From Piromyces finnis finn (Eukaryota > Fungi > Neocallimastigomycota): a stretch of 64,000 bases of DNA. The notes below the pieces were generated by a model that worked only from the letters and a program-made list of their open reading frames with translations, searched no databases and was not told where the DNA came from. This document shows, in pieces, positions 28,555 through 42,564 of the stretch (positions within the stretch are counted from its first letter, which is position 1; the number at the start of each line of letters is the position of its first letter). The stretch is taken from NCBI GenBank assembly GCA_002104945.1, contig MCFH01000067.1:124001-188000 (forward strand), given 5' to 3'. The position numbers and the translations under genes are program-made.

Positions 28555-31500
28555 ATACTAAAAGCAATTTTTAAATTTTTATTATTAATATTATTAATCA
28601 AAAAATGAAAAAATAAAAAAATAAAATAGATATACATTGAAAGTATATGAATAATAATAAAAACTTTATAGTAAAATAAAAGAAAAATAGTAAATAACAA
28701 TAATAAATTCTTTAATAATAAAAAAAAAATAAAAATAAGAAAATAATAAAAGTGATATAATCAAATATTTAATTAAACAAATAAAAAAATAAATGATTTT
28801 ATATAGAAAAGGAAAAAAAAAATACTTTATAAATTGAAAGATGTTTTATTATTTTAATTTTGTTTTATTTTTAAGATAAAAAAAACGTTATCTTCATGCC
28901 TACTAAATTCTACTCTTTTTTTAAAAAATAAAAAATAAAAAAATATAAAAAAAATTATGTTTTTTATATTTTTTTTAAACTAATAATAATATAATTGAGA
29001 TTTTTAAGTTAGTTTGAAAATAATTCTGTGGATTTAATCCATAGGAAAAGAATTTTCAAATATCTTTTACATATATTTTTCCAAAATCAGAAGAAGGAAA
29101 GTGATAATAATAATTCTTATTTCAAATTATTTTAGCATTATCATAAAAAAGATTTAATATTAGTAATATATGCAAAAAGTAAGGATTACGTCTTCAATAA
29201 TACTATATATATCAAATATCTCTAAAATACTTAAAATAGCATATCACAAATGAAAAAAAAAATACAAATTCAAAATAAAAAAAGTAAAAAAAAAAGTAAT
29301 TCAAGCAAAGTTTAAGATAAATCACAAAATTTCTAAAATATATTTAATTTAAATGATAAAAAAAAAAAAAAGAGATTAATGTAGAAAAATTATTAAAATA
29401 CTTTTAACAGAAATTTAGAAATTTTTGGGATTTAAAAAATTTTTTAGAAAAAAAAAAGAAAAGAAAAATTCTTCTTGTTGATGCCAACAATGTAAAATAT
29501 TTCAATATTAGAAAATTAAGCATTGGAATTCTTAACAATAATTAGAAGATCACCCACAATTTAGTATCCAAATTTTAAAACAATCATTGAAACAATAATA
29601 TTAATTGTATAATTAAGTAATTAATATCAAGATGAAGGTCATTAATAATAATCCTATTATAGTATTTTTTTATTATTTTTATTTTTTAAAATGTATTGTA
29701 TTATATTAAATAAACAAACCACAATATATATGTATAAATATATGTAGTTTGAATAGAATGTAACCATGGTAGTTCTTTATCATAATTTACATTAAAAAGT
29801 TGACAACCTAAATCAACGACTCTTAACAAAAGGAATGTAAAAACATTTATATATAAAAAATAAAAAAGAATTCCATTTCCTATTCTAATTTAATTTAAAA
29901 GAAGATTTAATTAAAAATTTATTAAATATAAAAAATGTATTATTTTTATAAAGTATAACTATACCTATCGTTATAATTACATGAAAATACCCTATCCCCA
30001 TAAAAACTTTTATGGCGGTGTTATTACTAAAATCATGATGATTAATAAGGATTTATTCTACCCATAAATAAATATAATTTTTATTTTATTTATTATTAAC
30101 AAAATATTTACTAAAAAAGCATTATATTTTGAAAATTTTTAATTATTGAAAAACATGATTTGTTTTAAAATATTTATTATCATTAAAAAAATACAAAATA
30201 GAATAATTCTCATTTCAATTCATAAATTGTAAATATAATATATATCTTTATTTAATCATAATCAATTATAAGTTAAGAATTCAATTTGTTATTAAAAGTT
30301 TTGTAACCACTAAATTGTTATTACAATAAATACTTTATTATTAAAGTATAATAATTGCATTTGTCTTTCAATAGGATTCGATGTTACATTTTATCAAAAG
30401 AAAAAATTATTAGTTGTGCTGTTAAATCCTTTCTTATTTTTTCTTCATCATTGACGTCCTTGGCTATCCCATTAAACTTTTTGAACATTGATCATTGTTG
30501 GCCAATAATATAAGGTATTACTATGGGCTGAAGTGCAGTGAGCATGAAAATTTACTATAAATTCTCAGTTTAATTTGATCCTTGTATTCTTTCCACTCGA
30601 ATTATTATTTTTATTTTATGTTTAATTATTCAAAATAATAGTTAAATTACATTTAAAATAGCATTTAATCCATAAATTCATTAATTTATTTATTGGAACA
30701 TAAAACCTGTTAAATATCATATTTAAATCATAATTAACATAATTTTATTTCTAATACTCCTTCAAAGAAATTAGAATATTCGAAAATGCCATATTTTCCA
30801 ATTTTCGAATTTGCAGAATTTTAACAAAAGAATCAACATAATTGACTGCTCAATGTACAATATTTCAATCAATAATAATTAATGTAATTAAAACAATTAA
30901 TATATTAAAATAATGAATTTAAATAAATTATATTATACAAGTAATATATAGAGTAATATAAATATTATTTTGTTGAATATTAAATATTTTATAATTATTA
31001 AAAATAATAAATATCATTTTAAACTTGAAATGATTAAAAGTCACCTATGAAAGTTATATTTAATTCAAGTGAACGTCTCAAAATCCGACCCACATGTTTA
31101 ATTGTACCTGTCAGGAAGGGGGATGTCTGACCCTGACAAAAAACAAGAATCTTTTCTAAATCATTTATAATGTTGTATATAAACTATGAATGAAGAACTA
31201 TAAAATTATAAAACTAAAAATATTTATAACATTTATTTTATAATATTCATTTTAATTTTTATATATAATAATATAACTATTTTTTATTATTTTTTTATTG
31301 GAATTATACTTTTATTGTCAAAACTTTTTATATTTTAAATAATTCTTTAAAAACTGCTATTTAAAACCAAATTGAAAAATTATTTTTATTTAAAAGAATT
31401 ATTTATTATACAAAAAATAAAAAAGTATATATATTTATAAAATAAAATATAAAGAATACAGTTTCATATATCAATAAAAAAAAAAAGGGAATAAGAATAT

Positions 31501-33463
31501 GAAATAAAATAATTAATTTTATAAAGTCAACTTCTTTTTAAAATTAATGAATTATTAGTTAATGTGAGTTTATTTTATTTTAAAATAATATTGAAATATA
31601 TAGAATTATAGAATTAGAAAAAGTTATTTATTTTTAAATACTATTTTTTTTATATAAAAAATAACTAAAACTTTTTATAACAAAAAAAAATTGTTAAAGC
31701 ATTGATAATTAGTTATTAATACTTATTATTATAAAGCATCATTTCTAAAAGTTAATATGTTTTAATAACTTTTTATAAAAAAACTATTACTTAGCCATTA
31801 TATATTTATTGTACGATCCATTTTTGATATATTTAATGTATACATTTACATACAATAATTTTAATTTAAAATAAAAACACTACAATTAGGTAATGTAATT
31901 TCAATTACATTATTAGGAATAGTATTAGTATCAGTGTCTGCTTGTGGAAATGAATTTATCACAATAAAGTAAGGTATATTTTGCAATATAAAATAAAATA
32001 ATTTTATAGATTAACATCATATATTATATATTAATTAATTAATAATAAAAGAATTCAAATTGCTTTTTTATTAATTACCCTCCTTTTAACTAATAAAAAT
32101 ATTATTTCTAGTAAAATTATATATATTATTTTTATAAAATGATTTGATGTTTTTTGTAATATTTTATATATTTTATTTTAGTCACATAAAAATAATAATG
32201 ATTTGAATTTAAAAAAAAATAATTAAAATAGTAAGTATATATGTTTTTATTTCCTGTTTATAAAGATTATTTTCTATTTTCTATTATTATTATTATTATA
32301 ATAGTAATTAAATATTATTGTTCAATTGCTGTTGTAAATTGTTTTTATTAATAATGATAATGGTAATAAATTATATAATAAATAAAACGAATTAAAATAT
32401 AAAAAAAAAAAAATAGGTTATTTCCAAAACACAATTTAATAAGGTTTTAAAATGAATATAATAAAACTTGTTTTTCGATTTTCGTTATTCCAGTATGATA
32501 GAAAAAAAAAAATCATACTACCTATTCTAATAATTTAAATAATAATAAGAATGTCAAGTTTAATAAATATTAATAACAACCCCCCAAAAAAAAAAAAAAA
32601 TTATTTTTTTTAAAGGTATAAATTTCAAAAGGATAATTATAAATGGTAATATTATTTTATAATAATTAGTAATAATAACTTTTAGTAAACGTATTTTAAT
32701 TTTGAAGAAGAAGAAGAAAAAAAAAAGTAATTTCATCTTTAAATTTTTTTTTTAAAGATATATTTGTATATAAATATATATAAATTAAATATTATATATA
32801 TAATATATATAATATTTAATTTATTCTTTATTATTATTATTTATTTTCATTATTTTCATTTTAGAATTATAGCATTAAAAACTTTTTTTTTTTTTTTTTT
32901 TTTCCTAATGAAACACTAAACTAATAAACTGATTTTATGTATAAAGTGATTTTTTATTATTATTATTATTATTATTTTATTCTAAATTAAAAAGATCTTT
33001 CTGGTTAATATCCAATTATTATTAAACTTTAAAAAGACAATGAAATAATAATGAATATAATCATTGTTTTTCGTTTATATTATAAATAATGTTTTATTTT
33101 GCTTTCCTAGTTTTGTAATAATAAAACTAATGATTTTTATTTAATATATATTATTTATTTTTATTTAAATGATTATTAAAAGAGATTTTGTTATAAAATT
33201 ATTAATCTTTTAAATGATTTTTCTTCTATTTATTGAAAGCTACTCAAAAAATTTATAAATATAGCCAAAATAATAAATAATAAGATGCAAAAATAATAAA
33301 CTTTAGTTTATGGAATGTTATGTATATAAATATAAATATTCTAAAAATGAAAAAAAGATTTTATAATTTGGTTTTTTTTTTTTATATTGGTGCTACCCAA
33401 TTTTTATTAATATAATGATGTATATATCACTTTATGAATTCTCTCTTTATTCCTTCATTTATT

Positions 33464-36400
33464 CTATTTTTTTAAGCTTATAATAAAGTTTCCATCTATC
33501 ATTTCCTCTTCATCTACCATTTCCTCTTCATTATCATCCCAATAACTGTATAAAGATTGCTCACCACACATCTTATTCAGGGTATCAACAGTATTGGCAA
33601 TTCTATGACATGTTAATGGTTGCTCTGACTTGCACTCAATATTATGGATTTGCCCAACTTGTAAATCCAATGATAGTATAGGATCAAACATGGGTATGAT
33701 ATTAACAAAATTTCGTATTAATTTATTTAATTCAATGCCATAAGTTTTGTAGGAATAACCTAAACCAGGGGACGAAAAAGTAATAGCAGGAATATCTAAA
33801 TGAGCTGAGATAACACCAGCTACACCACCACCAAGAGAATGGCCAGTAAGATACAAAGTATAATCAGTATTCATTTTTAAATCATAAATATGTTTTTCAA
33901 CATCAACCCAATATAAAAGTCGAGAATTTGTAAATTGTTTTACAATAAAATTAACTAATGAAGCGACAAATTCTCTCGGCCAGTATTTTATAAAGGTTCC
34001 AAAAAAGCCGAATAATTGAAGCAAAACAGACGCACTCCAAATATAAATATCTTGAAAAATATCTTCAAAGGTAGAAGTTCCTCTAATTGCAACAACAATA
34101 ATTTTTTTTTTCCTCATTAACAAAATCGATGAAATGAACACCGCCTTTTGAGTGAATGCTATTATCCCCTATAATAAAATTATTATTAGAAGATTTTGGT
34201 CGATTATACAACCAAAAATGGAACACACCGTCAATTGTTTTAAAATAGCAGGCTTGAGCTAATGATGAAAATTCATTAATAGTAATACCATCAATATTCC
34301 ATTGACAAATTGCTGGTTTTTGATTATAAATATTAGGACTATCTAAAAATGGTACCGTTTTATATTTTCTTGAATGGTCTAGAAATATACTAATTAAAAT
34401 AGAGGCAATGATTACTATTATGGTTACAAATAAAATTGCATAACCATTATGACGTGCACGAGCATTCCGTTTATATTGTGTTTCTGTTGTAGCCGTCTTA
34501 TAGAGTTGTACCGTAGGTTCCTTCCTATTGTCATAGGTAATATCATCATATAAATCATTGGTATATTCATTCCCCTTCTTCCCTTGATTAAAATATATAT
34601 TATTATATGAACAACTTTCATGGTCCTTTTTCATTGGAATAGCATTAGGTGATGGTGTATACTTACCTTCCTTACCTAATACATCATATAAATTTTCATT
34701 TTCATGGTCATTATATACCAGTGAAATATCCATGATAGGAATATCTTTTTTCGATTTTTTACTAATGAAACCTTTCCTTTTATCAAAATGCTTATAGGAT
34801 ATCCTTGGTTGAATATTAATATTTGGTTTGAAAAGATCAAGAAAGGTTTTTCTTTCAACATTTTCATCATCCCATGTATTTCTGGGATCAGGATAGATGC
34901 TAAAGTTTGAATAAGCTATAACAATAAAAGCCATTGGTATATAGTTATTTGTTATGGTAATACGAATAATAATAACCAGACAAAACTCGAATATTAATAG
35001 TAAAATAAAAATAATTTTCCTTATTTTCATGGACATAAAACCAGAGCTCGCTGGAATTACTTGAATGACATCTTGACCGAGTAATGCTATCAAAAAAATT
35101 GAATGCGTAAAAATGTCAACCAAAAGACTATTCGTTGTTTTGACATTTGAACTATCAATGTTATTAGAATATTTATAGTAATTTAAAAATGCCATAGAAC
35201 CAACTCCTATAATATTCTTTATGAACCGAACAAAGAAAACGGTTAAACATCCCTTCCATAATTTAAAATTTTCCTTATTCCAAGGTAATATAGCTTCAAT
35301 ATTCTTATCATCAGTATTCATTGTAGTATTAAAATTGTCATTTTTGTTATCTATGTTTTCAACGTCAAATTTAATATTTCCATTCTCACCTCCTATACAT
35401 TCACTTTTATTATTTATCCTATTTGTATTTGCATTATTATGCAAACTATTATATATGTCATTATCATCACCATTAGAATCAAAATGTATACGATCTAAAT
35501 TATTTTCTTTTTCTACAAAAGTTTTTAAACAATTTTCCTTGTTATTTTCTACAGGATCATCATTAATTTTTTTTATATTTTTAATATTATTTTGATTATA
35601 AAAGTATTGTATGAATTTTTCTCTACTAATGATATATTCCTTAAACGCTTCATTGACTTGTTTTCCTATCTTTAATTTATTATGTAGATCATTGTTCTCA
35701 AGTTTTCTTTTTGGAAAAATCTTCATTTTTACAATTAATCTATGAACTTTATTTCTAAAACGAACAGGAATAAGAACTAGAATTATTCCAAACAAAAAAC
35801 TTAATTTTTTTACATTTGAATCAAAAGATCCAAAAAAAAAAGAAGCGATTGAAATTCCTACAAACATTTTAATTAAATGATCTAATACATAATTAATATA
35901 ATTAGTATTAAATTTAAGCTTATTTGTATTACAGTATACTATTCTAAGATAACTTGTTTGATTATAAATACGATCTTTAATATCTACAAAAGATGGTGCA
36001 TTATAATAGTATTCGTCTAGTCTTTTAAAAAACTTTAAATATAAAATACCACGTGAAAAAAAATTTAAACTCAATATCGTAATGGCACCACCACCAACAA
36101 ACATTAGGCAAACAATTTCGGTGATCTTCCAATAACCAAAACATATACTAATTAATAGGAATGGAAGATGTAGTATAAATATAAATATTACAAATACTGT
36201 CATATTAACTTTCTCATACCAGTCCTTTGGGTGTGTTTTATATCTATCAGGAAGAGTCATGTAGGTAAGTTTTTGACTTATGAAATAACCTAGTACTCTT
36301 TTAATAAAAATATCATTCATGGATGAACCAAATTTACTATTTATTATCGTACGAATTAATCTTAAATATGTTCTCCAAATTGATCTATTAATTTTGTATA

Positions 36401-37180
36401 AGGAATCAAAATAATACATAAAAAATAACATTTGTACAAATGAATTTATTTTATCAATTTGAACACAAACATAACCAACATTGATTGTAATACATAGCAA
36501 AATTACAGTTAATAATATAATACCAGCTGTTGCAAATACGCCTATCAATATTTTTAGGATTCCAATAATTATATTATATCTATGCAATCGTACATCTGGA
36601 CCACGAGGACCATTTATCACATCATCAAAAATACTGGGTATAAATAAATTTTGAATATCCTCTTTGATAAATTGATCTCTTGAATTATATTTACTATTAA
36701 ATTTTATTGAATCGGATTCACTATCTTCTGAATTATTTTTTACGAAAATGTCTATTTTATCACCATCAAAATTATTATTATTATTTATATTATCAAATGT
36801 ATCATTGGTATTCAAAGCATGGCTTCCTTTTTCAATTTTAATATTATCATTAGATAAAGTTTCATTATTAAACTTTAAATTTTTTTGTCATTTGTAATAT
36901 CATTTTCGTTTATAGTTTCTTTATCTTTCTTCATTTCCCTCTCTTCAAGTATAAAGTTACTCTTATTTCCAAAGTTTATATTCTTTTTATAAATCATATC
37001 TTCATTTCTATTATGTTCATTCCTATTATCTTTACTCCATTTTATATATTTTGCGTCTTCTTTTATATATGAAGTATCAATTTCATTCTCATTCTCTAGT
37101 GTATTTATTTTCATAATCCTATCGTCCTTGTACTCTTTTTCAGTATTATTATGGCACTTGTTGTTGCTATTCATATTCAT
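33464..37180 (-). CDS. Large intronless multi-pass membrane protein with C-terminal class-3 lipase (Atg15-like) domain, ~1240 aa, split by two homopolymer indels
   Basis: The three tracked ORFs join if an A is added to the A7 run at about 36880-36886 (DKK-NLKFNNE) and one is removed from the A10 run at 34102-34111 (VNEEKK-IIVVAIRGTS). Lipase motifs: AIRGT, LTGHSLGGG, ITFSSPG, DPILSLD, CHRI. Several hydrophobic TM segments lie upstream. Confidence 0.85.
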
Positions 37181-39597
37181 ACTTTTATCGTTGAGATAAA
37201 TTTACAACATCACTTTCGGCGGTAAATATTTTTATAAATTTTAATAAATACTAAAACTTTTTTTAATAAAAAAAAAGAAAGAAAGAGATAATTAATAAAA
37301 AATGAAAATTGTTTCTTTATATATTTTATTGGCTAAAATATTAAAGTTTTATGAATTTCTTATCTTTTTCTGTTTTTATTTATTTATTTGTTTGTTTGTT
37401 TGTTTGTTTGTTTATTATATTTATTTATTATATTTTAAATATACTTTTATATTTATTGTAATAGAAATATTTAAAAATAGTTGTATTGTACCTTAGAATA
37501 GTAATAATTATAGAGTAGCCTTTTTTTTATTTATTTTATTTTAATTCTCTTTCCAGCTTTTGTATCTTTTATAGTAGTAGGAATTATAGAATATATAAAA
37601 TGTCTTTTATATCCATAGGAGGAGAATGAACATTCTTCCACCCACAAAAAACTATGTAAATACGGAAGATCCAATTAGAATGATGATTTAATATAAAAAA
37701 TGAAAATCTGTGGTGGATTACTATGATTTAATATATTGACATAATATTATCATTTTATATTTATTAAAGTTTAATTCCATGCTAAATTTATTATTTTATA
37801 TTAAAAAAATGGTTATCTACAAACTCTAAAAAGATAAAATAGGAATTAATAATAAAATGATGAATTGAGTTTTATTCATTCCTCTTTCAAATAATAAAGC
37901 AAAAAAAGTATAATTTGCAATGTTCAATAATCTTTATTTCTTTCTTACTATTTTAATATTAATTCATTAATGTCAAAATTATTATTTTAGTTCATTTAAT
38001 TCAATCTTTACAGATTTTTCTTTTTCTTTTTTTTCTTTTCTTTTTTTTTTTTTTCACCAATCAATATCAAAATTTAATTTTATTCCATGTAATGTTTTAA
38101 TGTACGTAAAATTATTTATATATACAAATAATAAAGACTTTTTTTTATTATATAGAATTTTTAAAATAGACAAATTTTCTTTTAGAAATTTGTCTATTCT
38201 TTAGTAAATAGTAATTATTATTCCTTCTTATTTTTTAAATATTTCAATAGTAAAATTATTTTTTAATTATTTTATTATAACACTTTTTATTACAAGGCAA
38301 AGAGAAAAATTTTACTTTTTTCTAAACAACTACAAATAATGAATAAATTTGAAAAATTTTGAATGTAACCATTTAATATATGTATTAATTTAAATTAATA
38401 TATGAGCCAATTAATTCATTTTTCCAATTAAATTAATATTTCACAAATCAAAGAAATTCTCCTCCCAAAAAAAAGAGTTTAACTCTCAATAAAATCTTTA
38501 AGATATTTTTCAATATTATAATATTAAGAAAGTGACTTAATATTTTTTGTTAAGTCAAGTATTTTCCTTTTTAGTTTTTGATGCATTGAGGGTAATTGAA
38601 CAGAATCTTTTGAATCCATATGGATAATAGTTTTTATCTCTTTACTAGAGGTTTTGGAGGTATCGCTGTTATCCCAATTAACTTCAAGTTCAAATGACAA
38701 AACAGCATAGTAGTTATTAGAAAGAATGAAAAAATATTTAGTTTTTCATATATAGCATGACTATTTAAGATCTTTCTAGATCTTTTAAAATCACCTTTTT
38801 TTTTAGCAAGAAAGAGAATACTTCTTACTTGTATTTAATTTATTAAATTTTCATTAAATTAAGTAATAATACGAATTGATAATTAATGGATAATATTAAT
38901 ATAATTATATATATAAATAAAATTATAAATATAAAAAGATAAAATATAAAAAATTATTCTGGTTGCATAATAGTTTGATGAATTATTGCAAATAAGTAAT
39001 TGATTGATTTTTATTCCATAAACTTCCGATATATTTGCTTTCTTCTAATGTTCTTTGTTTTGTTCCTAACATCCACTATTAATTTTGTAGAGAGATGAAT
39101 TCATTTATAATTTATACATTTAATTAGAATCAGTTAAATTTTATAAATTAATAAAAATTATTAGTTTTTTCTTATCTGACACTGACATGAAAGTAAAGAC
39201 AATTATTACCATAGCATTCTTTTAAATAGTCACAATGACATTTTATAATACTATTAATATTTATGATATCCTTTTAATACTCTTTAAATATTCTTCCAAT
39301 TTGTTTTTTATTTAAATATTATTTTTTACATTACTCATAGTTTTAGTATATAAAATGATTAAATTCTTAATTTATTTAATTATAAAATTGAAAAAAATGA
39401 CACTTTTTAAATTTTCATATTATTGATGTATTTTTCTTTATTTTTGATTTTTAATAAAAAAAAACGAATCTATTAGAATTTATCAGTCGTTATTTATCAT
39501 TTATATTTATTATTTATATTATATATTAAAAAGCGCTTTAAAAAGATTTTTATTATTACTTTTAATATTTAAATCTGTTCCTTTTTCATTTAAATAT

Positions 39598-40650
39598 TTA
39601 ACTATCTACATAATGTATTGGTGTATGTCCATAGTCATCTTGAATATTAATATTTATTTTTTCATTTTTAATTAAATGTTTTACTCTTGTTTCATTTCCT
39701 TTATCACATGCATAATGTAATAATGTCCAACCTTCATTATTTTGTTTATATATAGTTATATTATTCTTTTCAGTAGAATTACTATATTTATTATTTTTTA
39801 ACAAATAAATAATTGGTATTACTTCTGAAGATTCAATATTATCGTTTATTTTCATTTCTATGATAGCTTTACATAAAAATTATAAAATTTCATTTTCTTT
39901 ATTTAAATAGTTTTCAATGTTTTTACTACCTTTTTTCTATTGCTAAATCCAAAGGTGTTTTTCCATTATCATCTTGAATATATATATTTCACTATCAATT
40001 AAATATTTTGCTATATCATAATTTTCATCATCAATACGTGCAAAATGAAGTAGAATTTGTCCATTATTATCTTTAACATTTAAATTTGTACCATTAAAAA
40101 TTAAATAATTCATTAAATTTTTATTTTTTATTAAATATGTATATTGTAGTGGAGTAAATCCATTTTTATTACTAATATTTGTATATGCATTATTTGAAAT
40201 TAAATACTTTGTAATATTTTCATTGTTCTTTTTACATGCAATATGTAATGGCGTATCATCTTCATTATTACTTATATTTATATATACTTTATTATCAATT
40301 AAATATTTTACTATATTAATATTTTCAATTTTACAAGCAATGTGCAATGGATTATCACTATCATTATTGCTTATATTTTATAGGCCTCATTATTAATTAG
40401 ATACTTCACAATATTTTCATATCCTTTTATGCAAGCATAACGAAATGGAGTCCATTTGTTATTATCTTGTTTGTTGATATCTATACTTCTTTTTCCATTA
40501 TCCATTAAATATTTAATAATTTTGACATTTTCTTTTTATGCCTTATGTCCATCCTTGTGTTTTGAATATTGATATCTCATTATTAATTAAATATTTCACA
40601 ATATCTTCACTTCCTTTTTTACATGCATAATGAAAAAGAACATTTATAAA
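39598..40650 (-). pseudogene. Ankyrin-repeat protein pseudogene
   Basis: Repeats GWTLLHYAC, GHTPIHY, DTPLHIACKK, GFTPLQY and, upstream in shifted frames, KWTPFRYACIKG and FHYACKKGSEDIVKYLI. Several frameshifts and stops. Confidence 0.85.
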
Positions 40651-41834
40651 AATCAAATAATAAAATACTTTAAAATTGTTACTGCATTTTTACATGTATT
40701 ATATGTATTATATAATTTTATAACTTTTATTTTATATACATTTTTTTAATATTATTACATTTGTAATTAAAAGATATTTGAGATAAAACATATATAATTA
40801 TTTTTCTATATATTAAATATAATAAAAAATTTATTATGTAATTGTATATAAAAAAAACGAAAAAGTGTCCTAGACTTTTTTGATTAATTATTTTTTTGCA
40901 AGTCTTATTTAATATTTTTGTTAATATTATTTATTAATAACACTAATAAAAGATAATTACAAAGTACATAAATAGTTCATATATTTATTCTCTATTTATA
41001 CTAAGAATTGTGACGTATAATTTAATACGAGAATATTCCATGACTAGTTTTAGTAGTATTACATAATTCTATTCTACATATTTCTAGATTTAAGTTAAAT
41101 TATTAATGTTTAACTTTAACTATTTTTAAATAGGTATAAATATATTTTTAAATCAAAATTTTTTTTTATAATTTACTATTTTGTAAAATCAGGTTTAATA
41201 ACAGTTATTAATTATTGATACTTTTGCATTATTTTATAATTGAACTAGTATTTAAAAAAACTTTACAATTAGGGTAAATACTAATAATCGAATTTGGAAA
41301 TAAATGTAAGGAAATAGTTGGTCATTTTTAAATTTTATATATTCATTAAATATTAAGTTAATTTAAAATTATTTCAATATTGGCCTTTTTCTTGCTTCCA
41401 AATATCATTTATGTATTTATTTTTTTATATACATTATCTATTAAATTAATAAACCCAAAAAGTATACTTAATTCAAGCACAACAAATATGAAAAGTCATA
41501 TTTAGAAATGAATATTCATTTTATTTTTATTTAACTTTAATATATTTACCAAATAAATATATAAAAAAGAATTATGTATATAATATTATTAAATTTGATT
41601 TTTGGATTTTCATTTTAAAGAAATAGTTATATTTATTATTTTTTTATCATTGTATTAATTAATTATATTTAATACCTTTAATTATGAAATATTTTATATA
41701 ACTGATATTTAAATTTGTTAAAACTATTCTATTTTTTAAAATTAAATATTTCAAGAAAAATAAAAAGTATTTATATATAAAATATTTAAATATTATATAT
41801 AAATATTATTGTTTAAGTTACACGAAAATACCTT

Positions 41835-42564
41835 TTATTTAATTTTAGAATAATTTAATAATAATATACTTTTTTATTTAAATTTAGAATAGTTTAATAA
41901 TTTTAACTGAGTTTTAAAAATAGATGTGTTTATAGTTCAATAGGAAATATATTAAGAATAGTATTGATAATATTAAACTAATTTATAGATAATACATGGA
42001 CTTTATTCAATTTTGAGTTTACTCAAACTGAATTAAAAGTATAATGAATTAGTTTTAGTTTAGTTTTGTTATTTTATTATTTAGTTAGATTAGTTTTGTT
42101 TATTTTATATTAAATATATGTTTATTTAAATAGCATAATATATTAGAATATAATTATGAAAAAATATAAATACATGTAATTTTTATTTGTTAAATCAATG
42201 TAATTGTTATTTTAAATTTTGATAATTTATAAAAGTAAAAGTTGTGATAAAAAATATTTTTTTATTTTTTTGTTTTCGTGTTTAGTTGTTTTATTGTTAA
42301 ATATATAATCTGTTTTAAGATTAATATTTTACAATAGAATAGTATATTAAAATATATTTTACAAAAAATATAAATATATGTAAAAAAATTTCATAATTAA
42401 AACAACGTAATTGTTATTGACTATTATTTAGTTAATAACTAGATAAAACTAATAAAAAGAGATATTTTAAATAATTTGTTTTCTAGTTTCTTTTTATTTA
42501 TTTTGTGTTTTTGTTTTATTGTAAAATTTTATAATCTGTTTTAATTTTTTATAAAATTTTTACA
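41835..42564. mobile_element. Partial copy of the ~790-bp solo-LTR family R
   Basis: Homologous to 45521-46306 in the opposite orientation; ends ...TTTTACA at 42564, directly against the Gypsy RNase H tail. Confidence 0.65.

Larger units (their letters stand above)
13340..31330. repeat. Inverted triplication of a ~6-kb unit: direct (13340-19300), inverted (19430-25385), direct (25400-31330)
   Basis: Sequence folds back at about 19365 and again at about 25390. ORFs 16229-16561 and 28222-28554 are identical (offset 11993). Reverse-complement matches extend across the middle copy. Confidence 0.95.

Noticed and set aside
34102-34111. Programmed ribosomal frameshifting in the lipase gene
   Set aside because: Both breaks are plain homopolymer runs of opposite sign in an assembly with many such errors, and no stimulatory structure is visible.
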